The translations under genes were made by a program, and so were the position numbers. A stretch of 64,000 nucleotides of DNA, taken from Haliotis rufescens. Taxonomy: Eukaryota. The stretch covers positions 12,710,001-12,774,000 of the forward strand of contig NW_025964001.1 of the NCBI RefSeq assembly GCF_023055435.1, read 5' to 3'. The notes under the pieces are model-generated. The model saw only the letters and a program-made list of their open reading frames with translations. It had not been told where the DNA came from and did not search any database. Below are positions 27,300 to 40,590 of this stretch, piece by piece. The first letter of the stretch is position 1; each line of letters begins with the position of its first letter.

Positions 27300-29426
27300 T
27301 TTGATCTGAAGGCAAGATGGCGGACTGGGTAGTCGACTCACTCATGTGTCTGAAGTGAAAGTGTATTTCAAAGAGAATTTGAAGTCAGTGATATATAAAC
27401 TATTGAAATACAACGATCGGAATGTGTCTGGAACAATATCGGGTGGCTGTAGGAGGATTTGCTACAGTCATCATCAAGATATTGACGAGCAAAGCAAATA
27501 AGGCCAGACGTGGACGCATCCCTCGTTTATACGCGCTGGTTGGTATACATACCCGCTTGGTTGTGCTGAACCTCATTCTCATGCTGTTACTGATGGGAGG
27601 TGTCGAACCCAACCCAGGTCCGGATTCTAATGATGGCGTACAAACTAGATCTACTGCTGGAGGTAAAGGTGGAGAGAAGCAACTTACATTATCCTCAAAG
27701 GCAAGTGAAAAAACTTTACAAACTGTGTTGGATGAACTGAGAGAAGTGTCATGTAAGATAGACAAAATTCAGCGTTCTAATGATGATATGAATCTGAAAC
27801 TTCAGACTGTTGAGAGTACACTGAAGGTGGTTTTAGTGATTTTACTGTTTATTTGTTGATTTTAGAAAAGCCTTTGATTGTGTAAATAGAAAATTGTTGT
27901 GGTATGTCATGTTAAATAAGGGTATACATGGAAAGTTATTTTATGTCATTAAAGATATGTATTTAAAAGTGAAATCGGCTGTAAAGTTATCAAATAGCAC
28001 AACAACTTGCTACTTTGAAACGCTAAGTGGTGTACGCCAAGGCTGCACCCTTAGCCCTATATTGTTCTCTTTGCTTATTGTTGAATTAGAATCAATGTTG
28101 CACTCCTCCGGCGAGAGGGGAATATTTGTGAGTCAAGAATCTCTAGACATTTTGTTGTTATTATATGCCGATGATTTGTGCATAATTGATGATACTGTAG
28201 TTGGTCTCCAACGAAAACTTAATATCCTTAAATCTTTCTGTACTAAATGGGGTTTAAGACTAGTAAGACTGAAATTTTAGTTTTCAGAAATGGTGGAAAA
28301 CTTAGGAGTACTGAGAAATGGAGGTTGGGGGATGTTAATGTTAATGTATCTACCTATTATAATTATCTAGGTTTGTTATTTTCAAATCGGCTGTGTTGGA
28401 CGACTGGTATCAACTCTCTTGTTCAGAAGGCAAATAAGGCTCTGTTCGTCGTTAAGAAATTACAGCATTGTTTGAAGAACATACCTGTACATATACTTTT
28501 TAAAATATTTGACATTCAAATTAAGCCTGTATTATTATACACTTCAGAAATATGGGGCTATTCAAAAATTGCAGCAATTGAAAAATTTCAGATTAAATTC
28601 TGTAAATTTACTATTGGAATTGGAAGTCATGTTACAAATGTTGCTGCCCTTGGCGAATGTGGTAGATATGGCTTATTTATTGATTATCACAAGAGATGTA
28701 TTAAATATTGGTTGAAATTGTTATCTTTACCCAGTTATAGATACCCTAAGCAATGTTATTTAATGCTGAAATCTTTAGATGAAGTTAATCGCACTACATG
28801 GGTAACTTGTGTCAAAAGACTATTATTCAGTTATGGATTTGGCCACGTGTGGATTTCGCAGGAAGTTGGTAATGAGACCCTCTTTATTAATGCATTTATT
28901 CAAAGGTTAAAAGACTGTAACCAACAGACAGGACTGGTATTGTAAAGTTTGTGAAATACGTAAATTATCAATTTATAAGGAATATAAGTCATTGCTAACA
29001 CTTGGCACTCTGTGTGTCATTTTTGACGTATGTTTTGTTTGTTAAGAATTGGCGAGTTGCCATTGATGGTAAATTTAGGTAGAAGATGCGGTACAGAGTA
29101 CTGTAATAGGCAGTGCAGATATTGTAATTTACAGGAAATTGAAGATGAGTTTCATTTTATGCTTGTCTGCCCATGTTACAGCTATTTAAGAAATAAGTAT
29201 TTACCTATTTATTACTCTTCCAATCCTACCTTATTTAAATATAATACTCTATTATCTTGTAACCGCACTAGTATTGTAACTAATTGTGTTAAGTATATAC
29301 TGGAAGCACTTGCAATCCGAAATACTGTCACTTAATACCCTCTGTCATCTGCCTCATACTGTATTTTTCAATGAGTATTTGTACGTGGGCCTATGGCCTT
29401 TATAGTGAAATAAAGAATTGAATATC
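27300..29426 (+). mobile_element. Internally deleted L2/Crack-like LINE nested in the APE region of the host LINE
   Basis: 5' CAAGATGGCG; ORF1 start 27422 with LLMGGVEPNPGP; jumps at ~27830 to RT (FVDFRKAFDCV, GVRQGCTLSP, LYADDL); C-terminal CNLQEIEDEFHFMLVCPCY; tail AATAAAGAATTGAAT; possible TSD AATATA (27294, 29427). Confidence 0.87.
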
Positions 29427-30493
29427 AATATACGGTCCCGGCTATTGGTATCCAGAAGTGTGACCTTGCAGTGTTTTGATTTTATGACGAATATCGCCAC
29501 TCCCCCAAAGCCTCTGTGACCCTGGGGATAACCCACAGAACATTTAGTAAACACTGCAAATTTGTCGTTAATATGATACAGGGTGTCTTCATTCTGTCCA
29601 TCAAGCCATGTTTCACACACAAACATTAGATCACAGTGGTCTAATCTGGAGGATAGTTCACGCTCGCTTTTAACAATGCCTCGTATATTCCATGTTGCAA
29701 GTCTGCTTATGAGCATTATTAGAAGTAATGGTAGCATCACTTTAAGTTTAATACATTTCACCATAATTATTTATTGCTATGGAATGTGCGTGAACTATCC
29801 TCGTCCTGACCATACTAGTATTTCCTTGGCACCCACTCGCGGCAGTTTACATTTTCTGGCCAAAGCGTATCATGATCAAGAATGATTTTTCCACACTGAG
29901 GAGACACACTGATAGATATTGTGTAAGTCGGATTATATCCCTGCCAGTGTTTCAGTAGGGAGATCTTGTGGATTATTACACCCCTCTCCTTGGCATAGGT
30001 AGTAATGGCATCTTGGACAATATTAAACGACTGTTTCGCACAAACATGTGACAATACAAATCGTTTAGTTCTGGTACGTGATGCCCCCGAGAATGCACGT
30101 TTCCATTCTTGAGAGAAGTTAACTGTGCGCTGTTCATTGGTGTCAATGTGTTCCTCAATGGACTGGTTATCCTTTGTTATCTGCAGGGTGTCGGCGTGCC
30201 TGGTCTGTGGGGGTTGAGTAACACGCTTGGCTGGAGCTGAGGCCTGGATCAGGGGACACTGGCTTTGGGCTGGTGCGTGGGGTGATGGAGACAGGCGCTC
30301 AGCTGGGGCGTGGATGTCAACAGTTATCTCCCTTTCATGGCGGGATATTCGAGCTTCTGGTGGACTCTTGACTGTTTCTGAGTAGAGTAGTTTATCCCTC
30401 GTATTCATGCATTCTATTTTACCATCGATTGCGCTTGGTCGCTTGTTGATTGATGACATTGTCTCGCACAGTTTGTCTTTCAATAAGATATTT

Positions 30494-32698
30494 TTACGAT
30501 ATACGAATGGCCATGAGATTAGGTAGGTTGAGATCAAACCATAGTGAACATAATTCAAACAGTCAGTCACAGATAGCCGTTTTTCTTTACGCCTCAAGCA
30601 ACTTATAGCCATTGAAAGACGTAACACCTTGCGGAAATAATATACTGGACAACAAAGGTTCCTTTGACATTGAATAAGATTTAATGCAAAGTTATGTTTT
30701 TTACCAAATCTGAAACAATTTCGGTTTGCAACAAATAAAAGACTCCTGTAAGTGTTCAAATGGTTTAATTTGCCATACTGACTTCAGAAAATGCGTGATT
30801 TCATAAAATAAACCCATGAACATGCCAAAATGTCAATTTACAAATCAATAGCGTGTGTGTCCACCTCTGGTTGCGATGCAAGCAACACATCTACGTCTCA
30901 TGGAATGGACCAGGCGTCGCACAAAGTCCTGTGGGATATCTGTCCATATCTGCTGGAGCATGTTTCGAAGTTCCTGGAGTGTCTGTAGAACACGTTGTTG
31001 ACGTCGAAGGCGCCGATCCATCTCCACCCACATGTGCTCGATTGGTGAGAGATCGGGGAGCGAGCCGGCCAGGGGATGACATTCACGTTGTTTTGTTGAA
31101 GAGAATCCTGAACAAGTCGAGCAATATGAGGCCGGGCGTTGTCATGTTGAAAGATAATGCCTGGGCCATGACGAAGCAAAAAGGGTAGAACAACAGGGCC
31201 GATGATCTCGTCGCGGTAGCGCTGTCCATTGAGATTTCCCTCTACCACTATCAAACGGGTCCTCTGTCTTGCTGTAATCCCACCCCATACCATAACGCTG
31301 CCGCCCCCGAACCGATTTTCTTCCTTGACACAATGATTGACGTAACGTTCACCTCGACGTCGGTACACTCGAATCCGTCCATTGCTGTGTCTGAGGTGAA
31401 ATCGAGACTCGTCAGTGAATAGAACTTGTCCACACTGCATGGCCGTCCAGCGTAGAAGCTGTCTGCACCACTGTAGACGTGCTTGACGGTGGTTCCTGTC
31501 AAAATGGGACGTCTGGCGGGTCTTCTGGCGACAATCCCTGCACATCTGAGGCGATGACGTACGGTTTGTGAAGATATTCGTCGAAGGCCAGGGATGCTTC
31601 TTGCAGTCACTGTTGCTAGCTAGAATCGATTTCGTAGGTGTGTTGTTCGAATCCAGTTGTCTTGTCGATTATTGGTTACGCGTGGCCTGCCACTCCGAGG
31701 ATGGTCTCTGACTGCATTCGTCTGTTGCCAATGTTGCCATAAACACCAATCGTCTACAAAGCAAAGAGAAAATAATTCAGGGTTTGCCATATCAGATGAT
31801 TTATTACATTGCCTACTTGAGCGTAAATATTGATGTACATGACAGTTAATTTTTATTATTTTTCATTGCAATATCCATATACATATACACAGTCACATTA
31901 TTCAGACGTGTTCCTTTAGACATTAAGATTTTAAGCAGGTAGGAAGCTGGTAGCCAGGAAACCACGAAGCCAGGAATTTGTCTCAAAGGAATGTGTCAAT
32001 ACAGTACAACATAGAAAAAATTTCTAGATCTCAGGATTGGCACTAGAAGAACGGGAGTCAGCACATTTGCGTTCTACTCCATACACACTGGGTGAAATGG
32101 CAGAAACAACCTTTCTAATCGGCATATCTAGTCCCCGCAATCGCCCAAACTGTTTTGGTAAGACACTTCTAGATCGTCAATTCTGCTTGTTTCAACAATT
32201 GAACTTCGTGTTCAACACCTTCTGACAGTAGGAATATAATGTGAAAGTGAAAGTACATGTAGAACTACACCAATCTGAACTCCATTCACCAATGAATCTG
32301 TTCGTGTTTTCGGATCCGGACGAAGAAAGGTATATTGCTGGTCCCAGCAAATGTACCACCAAATGGTATCTAAAAACTTAAGCATAATCCTTCATGCAAT
32401 CAAGGAAGGACTTTCTTTACATTCACAGAAAGTGTTTGAGACAAGGATTCTAAAGAACTCAGAGGATTTGTTTGATCTCAGAAACCTACCAAGTTCTATT
32501 ATGTCAAAACACGTGACTTTTCAACTGTATTCACCACTCGACAAACACTTCATAAGGGAGAACTTCATTCCTTGATTCGCAGGGCAGTTGTCCCTGAACG
32601 AAGTGATCACAGACATAGTTAATTACTATCTTCAAAGGTTCGTGAAAATTTGTCAAAATTGAAAGCCAGTGTCGTCTAAAGTATATGAGAAAACAATA
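30494..32698 (+). repeat. Right copy of long direct duplication (partner 17813-20468)
   Basis: Same start and end sequences; lacks the segment equivalent to ~18980-19388. Confidence 0.92.
30643..31749 (-). mobile_element. Tc1 copy 3 (duplicate of copy 2, 5' deleted)
   Basis: ORF 30898-31545 VLFTDESRF, FQHDNARPH; same insertion site as copy 2. Confidence 0.93.
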
Positions 32699-33270
32699 CG
32701 TGAAATGCTGGTATCTATCCACAAAATCTATCTACGAAGACTTCAATGAGCGTCATACTACACTTGCTCAAAGGTTGTTGTGTGATCAGGGGTACAACCT
32801 TCAAAAGCTAAGTAACGCTTTCAAGATGTTTTATCAGACCAAAAAACGATGGCTGATGCTATGTCCTATTTTGATTCGTACCATACCATATGGTCACTTG
32901 TTTCTTCAGGTGAATGAGGGGGCACGGGTGGCCCAGTCGTCTAAGGCGCCGCGATTCGCTGTGCAGAGTTGTGTCCCTTGGGCACGCCAGAGACCTATGA
33001 TTGTTGGTTCGAATCCCGGTTCGCCCCAATTATGTTTCTAGGTTTGTCAGCACCATACCCGTGCTCGTGGGTTTCACCGAATTTGTAAACGTCTGAGACC
33101 TGCATCACTTCGGGCTTTCCTCTCACATTAAGCTGACACGCCGCGATATAACTGTAATACTGTTAAAAGCGGCGTTAAACCCAACTCACTCACTCACTCA
33201 GGTGAATGAATTAACTTGTCTTTGCAGGTATTTGACACGGGTGTCACTGGGTGAGGATACGCTCACCTTG
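31920..33270 (+). mobile_element. Penelope-like element remnant
   Basis: RYIAGPSKCTTK, LSIILHAIKEGL, ILKNSEDL, YEDFNERHTTLAQRLLCDQGY; ends with acgggtgtcactggg..gctcacc. Confidence 0.65.
32918..33199 (+). mobile_element. tRNA-derived SINE (Meta-like), full length with TSD
   Basis: A/B boxes, (CTCA)n tail, flanked by CAGGTGAATGA on both sides. Confidence 0.9.
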
Positions 33271-33782
33271 TGTCATAATGTTTTGATAAACATATACTAA
33301 TGATATAGTCGGAATCATACAAGGATTATAGAAAGGATTTTGTAGCTTTTATTATCATAAAAAATTTCAAAGCTCTGAATATTTATGCGTAGATCTACAG
33401 GTACATATGAAACTGCTGAGGTGGGTTCACCTGATTCTTTTATTTCTTGTTCAGGTGGGTAAATCAATAGAAGGGAATTTGATACTTGACCATTATTGAG
33501 CTATATCAGATCATGGATATACGAGAAGCATTAGTTAAACTTCTTGACGAAATACCTGTGTTTCGGTTTTGCCAATCCGAGCGGAAATCCCAAATCACAT
33601 GCATAAAGAGACACCGGAAACTCAATCGGGTATATGGCCAATTCATGGTCGTCGGGAACTTATATATACAGAAATTAAATTAAGATTTACAGGGAAATGT
33701 TTATAAATTGCATTGTAGGTAGATTTATAATTTCAGAATTTTAAGTGTTTCATCAATTTTCAAGCTTTGATCATTGTTCCAG

Positions 33783-34845
33783 ACATTTTTGGTCTGTGTC
33801 TTGCATCTGGCCACCGAAATTGGCTCAGCAAAAGCACTTCATTGGAGGATCGCTGACATTCAAGTTTACTTATACGTCCGATCCAAATGCGTATAAGGTG
33901 ATATTTACTTCCATAGGACATATATGTATTAATTGCAAAGAAGTGTATGTACGTGCATTCCCACTGAAATATTTTTTCACGCTGTACTTTTTATATTATA
34001 GCCCATGCTAAACCTTTATTTTTTCCATTCAGTGCTGTGCTGTGCACGGCACAATATGTACAACTGAGTTAGGAGACAAACACTATTATATTTACAGATG
34101 CTATATATAAGTCCTGTCTACTACAATTTTATCAACAATTTAGACAACTTAAGATAAATATCGAATGCCACCATGAAGAAGTGTCATTGCGTTTTTCAAG
34201 AGAAATTCATCACATTCAGTGTGGTATTGTTTCGGGAATGTGGTAACTTCTTAGAATATACACATACCGTGTTCCATGTGATTGTTGACTTATGTCTTGT
34301 AAATGTACTTACTACTGTTTACAGTGATTATATTTATAAAGGCAGGAATTCTGAGTGCATATAAAACTCCTCTCCGAAGTTGGTACCATTGACTCCATAA
34401 CAATACGGAGGTAAGCATTTTACTTATGTTGGTCCAGGAAGACTAATGGTGAATCGGGTAAATCCATGTAATAATGATTGAAATTGTTGTTTAAACGATA
34501 CTAACAGTCACGAACATCCCAATTTCCGTTGCTAACTTGCAAGTACATCGATAATGTATAATAATAATAACAGTTCATATCAAACGATATTAACTGAAGG
34601 TACGTGTACCACAAAATGGGTACACTGTTTCTGTCATTTTTCTATGTCAAGTTAACTGCTCTTACTGTGAGTGTTGGATCACTGTTTGAGAAAACGGTCT
34701 GATCTAAGACCTCGGAAAGAGCACAGTTATAACTCGAAAGTAAACGAATGAAAGGACTATTTTGGAAAAGGGACTTCAGAGACCACCTACTCTCACTCGC
34801 ATCTTAATGTTACAGTCAGATCACTGACAAAGTAGCAAAGCAAAA
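33783..34845 (+). pseudogene. Decayed paralog of the KHFxGG secreted-protein gene
   Basis: Exon 33783-33897 AQQKHFIGGSLTFKFTYTSDPNAYK|GT aligns with QSKHFTGGSVSFKFVDTSKPTEYK|GT. 34645-34845 keeps AGCACAGTTATAACTCGAAA, TATTTTGGAAA and GATCACTGACAAAGTAGC of the next exon, with frameshifts. Confidence 0.8.
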
Positions 34846-34849
34846 TGAG

Positions 34850-35810
34850 TTTCAACAAAGCGAAGACTTCGCCAAGTGAAATCGGCAAAAATTCGGGTTT
34901 TCAAATTGCATCTACATCGAGTTTATACGCAGTATGTTGAAAAGGGCAGCTACTCTGAATGGTCGTTCGCTTGGTCTGCTGGTCTGAAAAGTGAAACAGA
35001 AAAATATATAAATGTTTGCCGCTCAGGACCAGTCACTTCCCACTCGAAACACAAAGAGTGACGTTGCATCAAAATGTAAAATGTAGATTATGTAATGAAC
35101 ATTCCTGCACATTGTCAGTGGATGTCCAGCTTTGGCACAGAGACAATATCATAAGCGACATGATGGCATGCCTCAATCCTTTTATTACCGTCTTCGCCAT
35201 GCTTGTGGCTTTGACTCAAGAGGCCCATCCACGGCACGGCCGGGAATTTATGAAGAGCATCATGGAAAATGATAATTATAATATACTTCTTTGTAATAGC
35301 TCCATATACAGCCTTCGACGTATCGAAGCCAAAAAAAACGATCTTGTCCTTTTTAATAAATCCAAAGAAATCATTTATATCATGGAATTCTCTGAATTCT
35401 GACAGTAATATGATTGGTAATATTCTGGATGACCATGGCAAATATGCGTACCTTGCTTACGGAATGACACGCCTGCATCCCAAGTAACAATTTGTCCTAC
35501 TCTCCATTGTTCTCGATGTATTAGATTTGGTGCCTCCCAAATCCGTTGACTGACATTGGTAGTGTACCCGGGTTTGCTGCCAGGACAGCCCTTCTGTCAA
35601 TCTGGGCTATGCAGAAGGCTGCAGTGTTTGGAAGACTTCCCATTCCCAGAAAGGTTCTTTGTGAGTTTGACCAGGCAGCACTTCCCGAGAGAAAGTCTAA
35701 TTTGCTGACTGGACTGCGTGTAGAGGAGGCAAGGAGCCTGGGCTGATGATGGGCCCAACCAGTCTGACTGTTTGTTGCATTCATTTATTTTAATTTGTCA
35801 AATATGATAA
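34850..35810 (+). mobile_element. R4/Dong-like non-LTR retrotransposon 3' remnant (CCHC + RLE endonuclease)
   Basis: AAQDQSLPTR, KCRLC..CPALA..RHD, EAKKNDLVLFNK..IYIMEFS, KYAYLA, MQKAAVFG..RKVL. Confidence 0.8.
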
Positions 35811-36320
35811 TTATAATAATGTCCATTTTGATAGCACTTCTTCTACACAATGCCTAGTTCAACCCCAGTAAATGGAACAGTGTACATCATGATTGCAGTC
35901 CCTGGTCCTGATGAAATATACGCATTCGTGGTCAGTAAACAGAAAACTATATGCATTATTCTTCACGGGTCTTCATTCATGTCATAAGCTCCTTGATGTA
36001 AACTGATTTCGAGGAAAATAAATAGTCGCCAAGCTCTAAATTAACAATATTTCGTTCCTAATGTGACTACGATGGACGAGATGTTATCAATATTCAGGCG
36101 GCGCATCAACCACCTAAATCTGTCGAGGTGCGTGTATATATATATATATACACCACACAATCACGTGACCCTATATAATGTAAACCTGAATAACTCAAAG
36201 TAGTTCATCATGTGACCATTTTATTTGCATTTTCATTATCTGGAAACCAATGAAACCTCAGTGACTATTTAAAGGGATAGCTGAGTCGGATTTGGAATTA
36301 TTCCCCAGAAAGCGTCCGAG

Positions 36321-38494
36321 ATGACACACGCAGGTTGTTGTGGTACGACTTCGGTCTTGGTCAAGGTGTCAGCATTCTTGTTTCTCTTTGCATTTGGCCT
36401 TCTTCTTCTGGGGTTCGGGACGCCACTATGGAGTGCAAGAGGAGGTCAGAACGAAGGACTCTGGGAGAGGTGCACCGGGAGCGTATGTGTCTCAACTCCA
36501 TCTGATCCACTAGGAGGTATGTCTAAAATGTGGAGTGTTCTAAATGTACGATTTAGATAACCCAAAAGATAAAGTGAAACGAAATATATCTGTCTTCACG
36601 TGGATGGATTCTATTAAATAAACAGCTCCTTAACACAATAACAAGTAATATTTATGGATGACAACGCCTTTATTGGGATGTAGAAAGCAATTAACGTCTT
36701 ATTATAACCTTTAAACAAACCATCGGGATGCATATTTCAGTTTTATGTGAACAACAAGCTAATGAAACTGTTATTACAGTATGCTCTATGTCAGTGCAGA
36801 TAGAGAGCATCGATGTTAAATTCTTATCCAGTGAAACGGGGGCTCGGATGGCCCAGTCGTCTAAGGCGCCGTGATTCGCTGTGCAGAGTTGCGTCCCTTG
36901 GGCACGTCAGAAACCTTTGATTGTGGGTTCGAATCCCGGTTCGCCCCGATTATGTTTCTAGGTTTGTCAGCACCATGCCCGTGCTCGTGGGTTTCACCAA
37001 AGTGATAAACGTCTCAGATCTGCATCACTGCGGGCTTTCCTCCCACATAAAGCTGACACGCCATGGTGTAACTAGAATACTGTTAATAGTGGCGTTAAAT
37101 CCAACTCACTCACTATACAGTGAAACGGCGGTTGCTCGAACTTCATGAATTTTTGGTTGCAACTTTAAGGCACAAATGTACTAGCATATTCTGATCGTCA
37201 CAATAGTAGAATGGTGGTACTTCGTTGGTCTCGAATTACAGAAAAATCGATTATTTTCAGGATCGGAGAGATTGTGAGTAAACGAGGTTTTACATTATCT
37301 AATAAATATAAGGTACACGCCATGTTACAGTACATTATACACTTATCATGCAGATCAACAGCTGTTTTATATATTAGAGAAGGTACGCGCCATGTTAACT
37401 AATGTATCATTATGCACTGTATCTTACAGGACAAATCTTGCAGATCAAGACTGGTTTACATAGGTCTATTGGGGAAGGAACACACCATGTTACAGTACTT
37501 TATTCACTGCATCTTGCAGATTAAGACTGGTTTACCTATGTCTATTTGGGGAAGGGCCACACCATATTATTGTATCATTGTTCCCTCTGTCTTGCAGATG
37601 AAGGCTGGTTTATTGCCGTGCAAGTGGTTGTGACGATTGGCTTGATCCTTGGTTTTGTCGGCGTCATACTTTCTTTCATCCTCCTGTGTGATGTCGCATG
37701 TATAAACAAAATTGTAATCCGGATTGCAGCGATCATACACGCCTTTATACCAGGTAGGGAGTAGTTACAGTTCCTGTTTCCAAATGTAAGAATTCAACTG
37801 GACCATTCACATCTGTGTACCGGTTTAGAGAGGTTATTGTTTCCAAATGTAAGAATTCAACTGGACCATTCACATATTTGTACCGGTTTAGAGAGGTTAT
37901 TGTTTCCAAATGTAAGAATTCTACTCGACCATTCACAACTTATTGTCTGGATTCCGGGTAAGCAAAGCTATGCTTGTCGTAAGAGGCGACGACATAGATG
38001 CATATGTTGTCAATCACTGGATTGTCTGACCAGACTCGATGATTTACAGACCGCCGTCATATAGCTGGGATATTGCTGAGTGTCGTTGAACAATATTCAG
38101 TCGATCAATAATACCATTCCTAAATAAGAATATTCAAAACAGAAATAAGTAGAAAGTGTACGCCCTCGATCAATGGTTACCCTTATGATACCAAACTCAA
38201 ACATACAAATACAAATATATATGTAACTAAGGCCTTCTAATCATAGCATGTGCTGATTCATATATATATCTTTTTAAAGCTGCCTTGCTCTTGTGCGGTT
38301 TGTTTGTCTACTGGATCAGAGGCGAGATATATTTCGCCGTCTTCTATCTGGGGTTTTCCTGGGGGATCACTCTTATTGCCGCCATCGTCTTCATCGTCGC
38401 TGGCATACTCCTCTCCATCGACATTGACCGCTTCTGCAACAAGCCTGTAGAATGTGATGAAGCTACAGCAACATGCTGCACACGCCTTGACTAA
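36321..38494 (+). CDS. PMP22/EMP/claudin-superfamily tetraspan protein, copy 2 (188 aa)
   Basis: join(36321..36516,37598..37753,38280..38494); open frame, canonical splice sites. Confidence 0.92.
36838..37113 (+). mobile_element. tRNA-derived SINE in intron 1 (shared insertion with 16168)
   Basis: Same sequence, CAGTGAAACGG flanks. Confidence 0.88.
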
Positions 38495-38821
38495 ACAGTG
38501 TCCAGGTCGCGATGTGGTCAATAGGTCAAAGGAATGAAGGCATGTCATAATGTATTATGTATAATGTATACTATCTGTCAATGTATAATGTATACTATCT
38601 GTCAATAAAGCAAATTTCGTATATGCCTTGGTGTTCTATCATTACGATATACGAAATAGCCATGAGATTAGCTAGGCAGCGATCCAATCATAGTGAACAC
38701 CATTCAAATAGTCAGTCACAGATAGCCGTTTTTGTCTACGCCTCAAGCAACTTATAGCCATTGAAAGACGGGAGTAATATATGTAACCACTGTCGCACTG
38801 TGAGTCGTACTGTTGGAATAC

Positions 38822-39005
38822 TGTGTGCGTGCGTGTGTGTGTCTGTCTGCTTGTACTAGTCCGAACTAATGTCAATTTAATAGTGCTAGCCCAATGAGAT
38901 GCCATGCCGCAGTTTAACATGAATAGCCAACTCAGACACAGTATACAGACTCCAAGCCGACCAGTCCTTGTTTTAGCCTCAACCTTCTGCTCGCCGGGCA
39001 GATGC
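38822..39005 (-). mobile_element. Nin/Deu-like SINE fragment
   Basis: Reverse complement of 51040-51185 (gactggtcggc..gagtc..tatactgtgtctgagt..gggctagcacta). Confidence 0.75.
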
Positions 39006-39421
39006 TCTAGGCGGTCTTATAAACCGAGGACAATTAATTCGTTTAACCAAATTAATCGCCTAGGTTTTCCCATGGACTCGCACTTGTAGGCTCAGCAGCA
39101 TGCTTATGATTTTAGATACATATATTAAGAAGGTCATATAACGTGTTATCTTTAATTCATGTCCAGGGTAACCAAATTCCCAAATGTTTTTTCATCACGA
39201 TGAAGGTCTATGATCGATTCCCCACATGGGTGTCTGCACCAAGATGTCCCCGGCTGTAATGTTGCTGGAACATTGCTGAATGTGCCGTACTATCGTACGT
39301 TTGGAATTACGATAACACCGTGGATGTATTGTCTCTACTTTATTCCACGTACCAAGCCGAACGACCGGAGCCGTTAGATATCCCTCCCCGCAGACCTTGT
39401 CGGATCATCCTGATCATTTCT

Positions 39422-39530
39422 GGGCCGACTTGCACAAAGCGATCTTAGCGCTAAGACAATCGTAAGCCTATGTTAAAGTATGGGAGTTACCATCATCTTA
39501 GCGCTAAGATCACTTTGTGCAAATGGGCCC
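39422..39530. mobile_element. ~110-bp hairpin MITE (Harbinger-like ends), specific to copy 2
   Basis: GGGCCGACTTGCACAAAGCGATCTTAGCGCTAAGA ... TCTTAGCGCTAAGATCACTTTGTGCAAATGGGCCC; absent at the equivalent site (~48280). Confidence 0.85.
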
Positions 39531-40590
39531 AGGACTCCAGCTAGCTCCATAGCAATTACATACATTAATACATAAAGTCTATTCTACCCATGCACATGCA
39601 CTGTTAGTGATTCTACGTTCCCTACTTTGTTACACAATATAATATTTATCTTCATTTACAGTTTTTCAACACAATTTATAAAAAGCACAGTTATATCGAT
39701 GAACAACAATTAATTCATATTTCTAACATATTTATTACTACGATAGTACTATAAAACCATACTCACTCTTTGACACGGGGACAAGGATTACTATGTTGCC
39801 ACAACTCCGTATAGATCCGCTGATCGTGTTATGGTCCTTGTTTTGCTCGATGGTTTCACAAAAATGGCAAATGTTTATGGCAGGTGACACTTTGTATATT
39901 ACATCCATTTGGCTGCCACATATGTAATGCAGTTAAAAACGCCCCTAAACCTGAGACACTAACGTTCTATTTCACTCACTCACTCCGATAAATGCACATC
40001 TAAATAACTTCATATATACACATTTACTTCATAATAAAGATAGATATGTTGCGTTCCTATTTAGACAGGGAAAGAAGCATTATTACCTTGATCAAAGGAC
40101 GTGGCATAATTGTTCAATGGTCTAGGATATTGCATAACTGAAGTTACAGTAAACAGAAAACCAAAATACAGCTTCGTTCAATTCCCTCTCTTTTGTTTCA
40201 GTAACAACGCTGGCAAAGTGCTGATACCTCACTAATATAGCCAAGAAGTTGAAATTGTCATTGCTATATATTGTCATTGCTTACCCTGATAATAGATATT
40301 GTCTGTAAGATTATGTGTCAATGCAAATCTCCTGACAGTCACGAACGCAATTAGGGAATAAAACGTTTTCTGCAGAAATAAACTAAGTGCGAATCGTAAA
40401 AAGCCGAAATAAAGCAAGCTAATACCACATTCTCTGTAATTCAGCGTTGTCAATAAGTTACACATGTTCGTTCCTACATTGCACATCTTATCAACCAGCA
40501 AATAATTGGACAAGCAGGGAAAAACATTTCGCCAATAAGATTACATCTCCCGTGTAAGTACTCGGTGTTTCTAAGTTTTCAAGTATTTAA

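Larger units (their letters stand above)
20469..30493 (-). mobile_element. RTEX/Proto2-like LINE (ORF1 + APE + RT), 5'-truncated in ORF1, carrying two nested elements
   Basis: ORF1 C-terminal part 29815-30460 (…LWPENVNCREW). APE: 29764-29430 (LATWNIRG, VCETWL) and 27290-26540 (GDFNLD, TLIDYVF, SDHLPI). RT: 22100-20600 (QGVGQGRVLSPWLFTLYINDL, LLADD). 3' tail GAGGAAATAAAGACAA(TCTA)n at 20469-20498. Confidence 0.88.

Noticed and set aside
29815-30759. 314-aa ORF as a novel gene
   Set aside because: Chimeric read-through of Tc1 end + duplicated flank + LINE ORF1 C-terminus.
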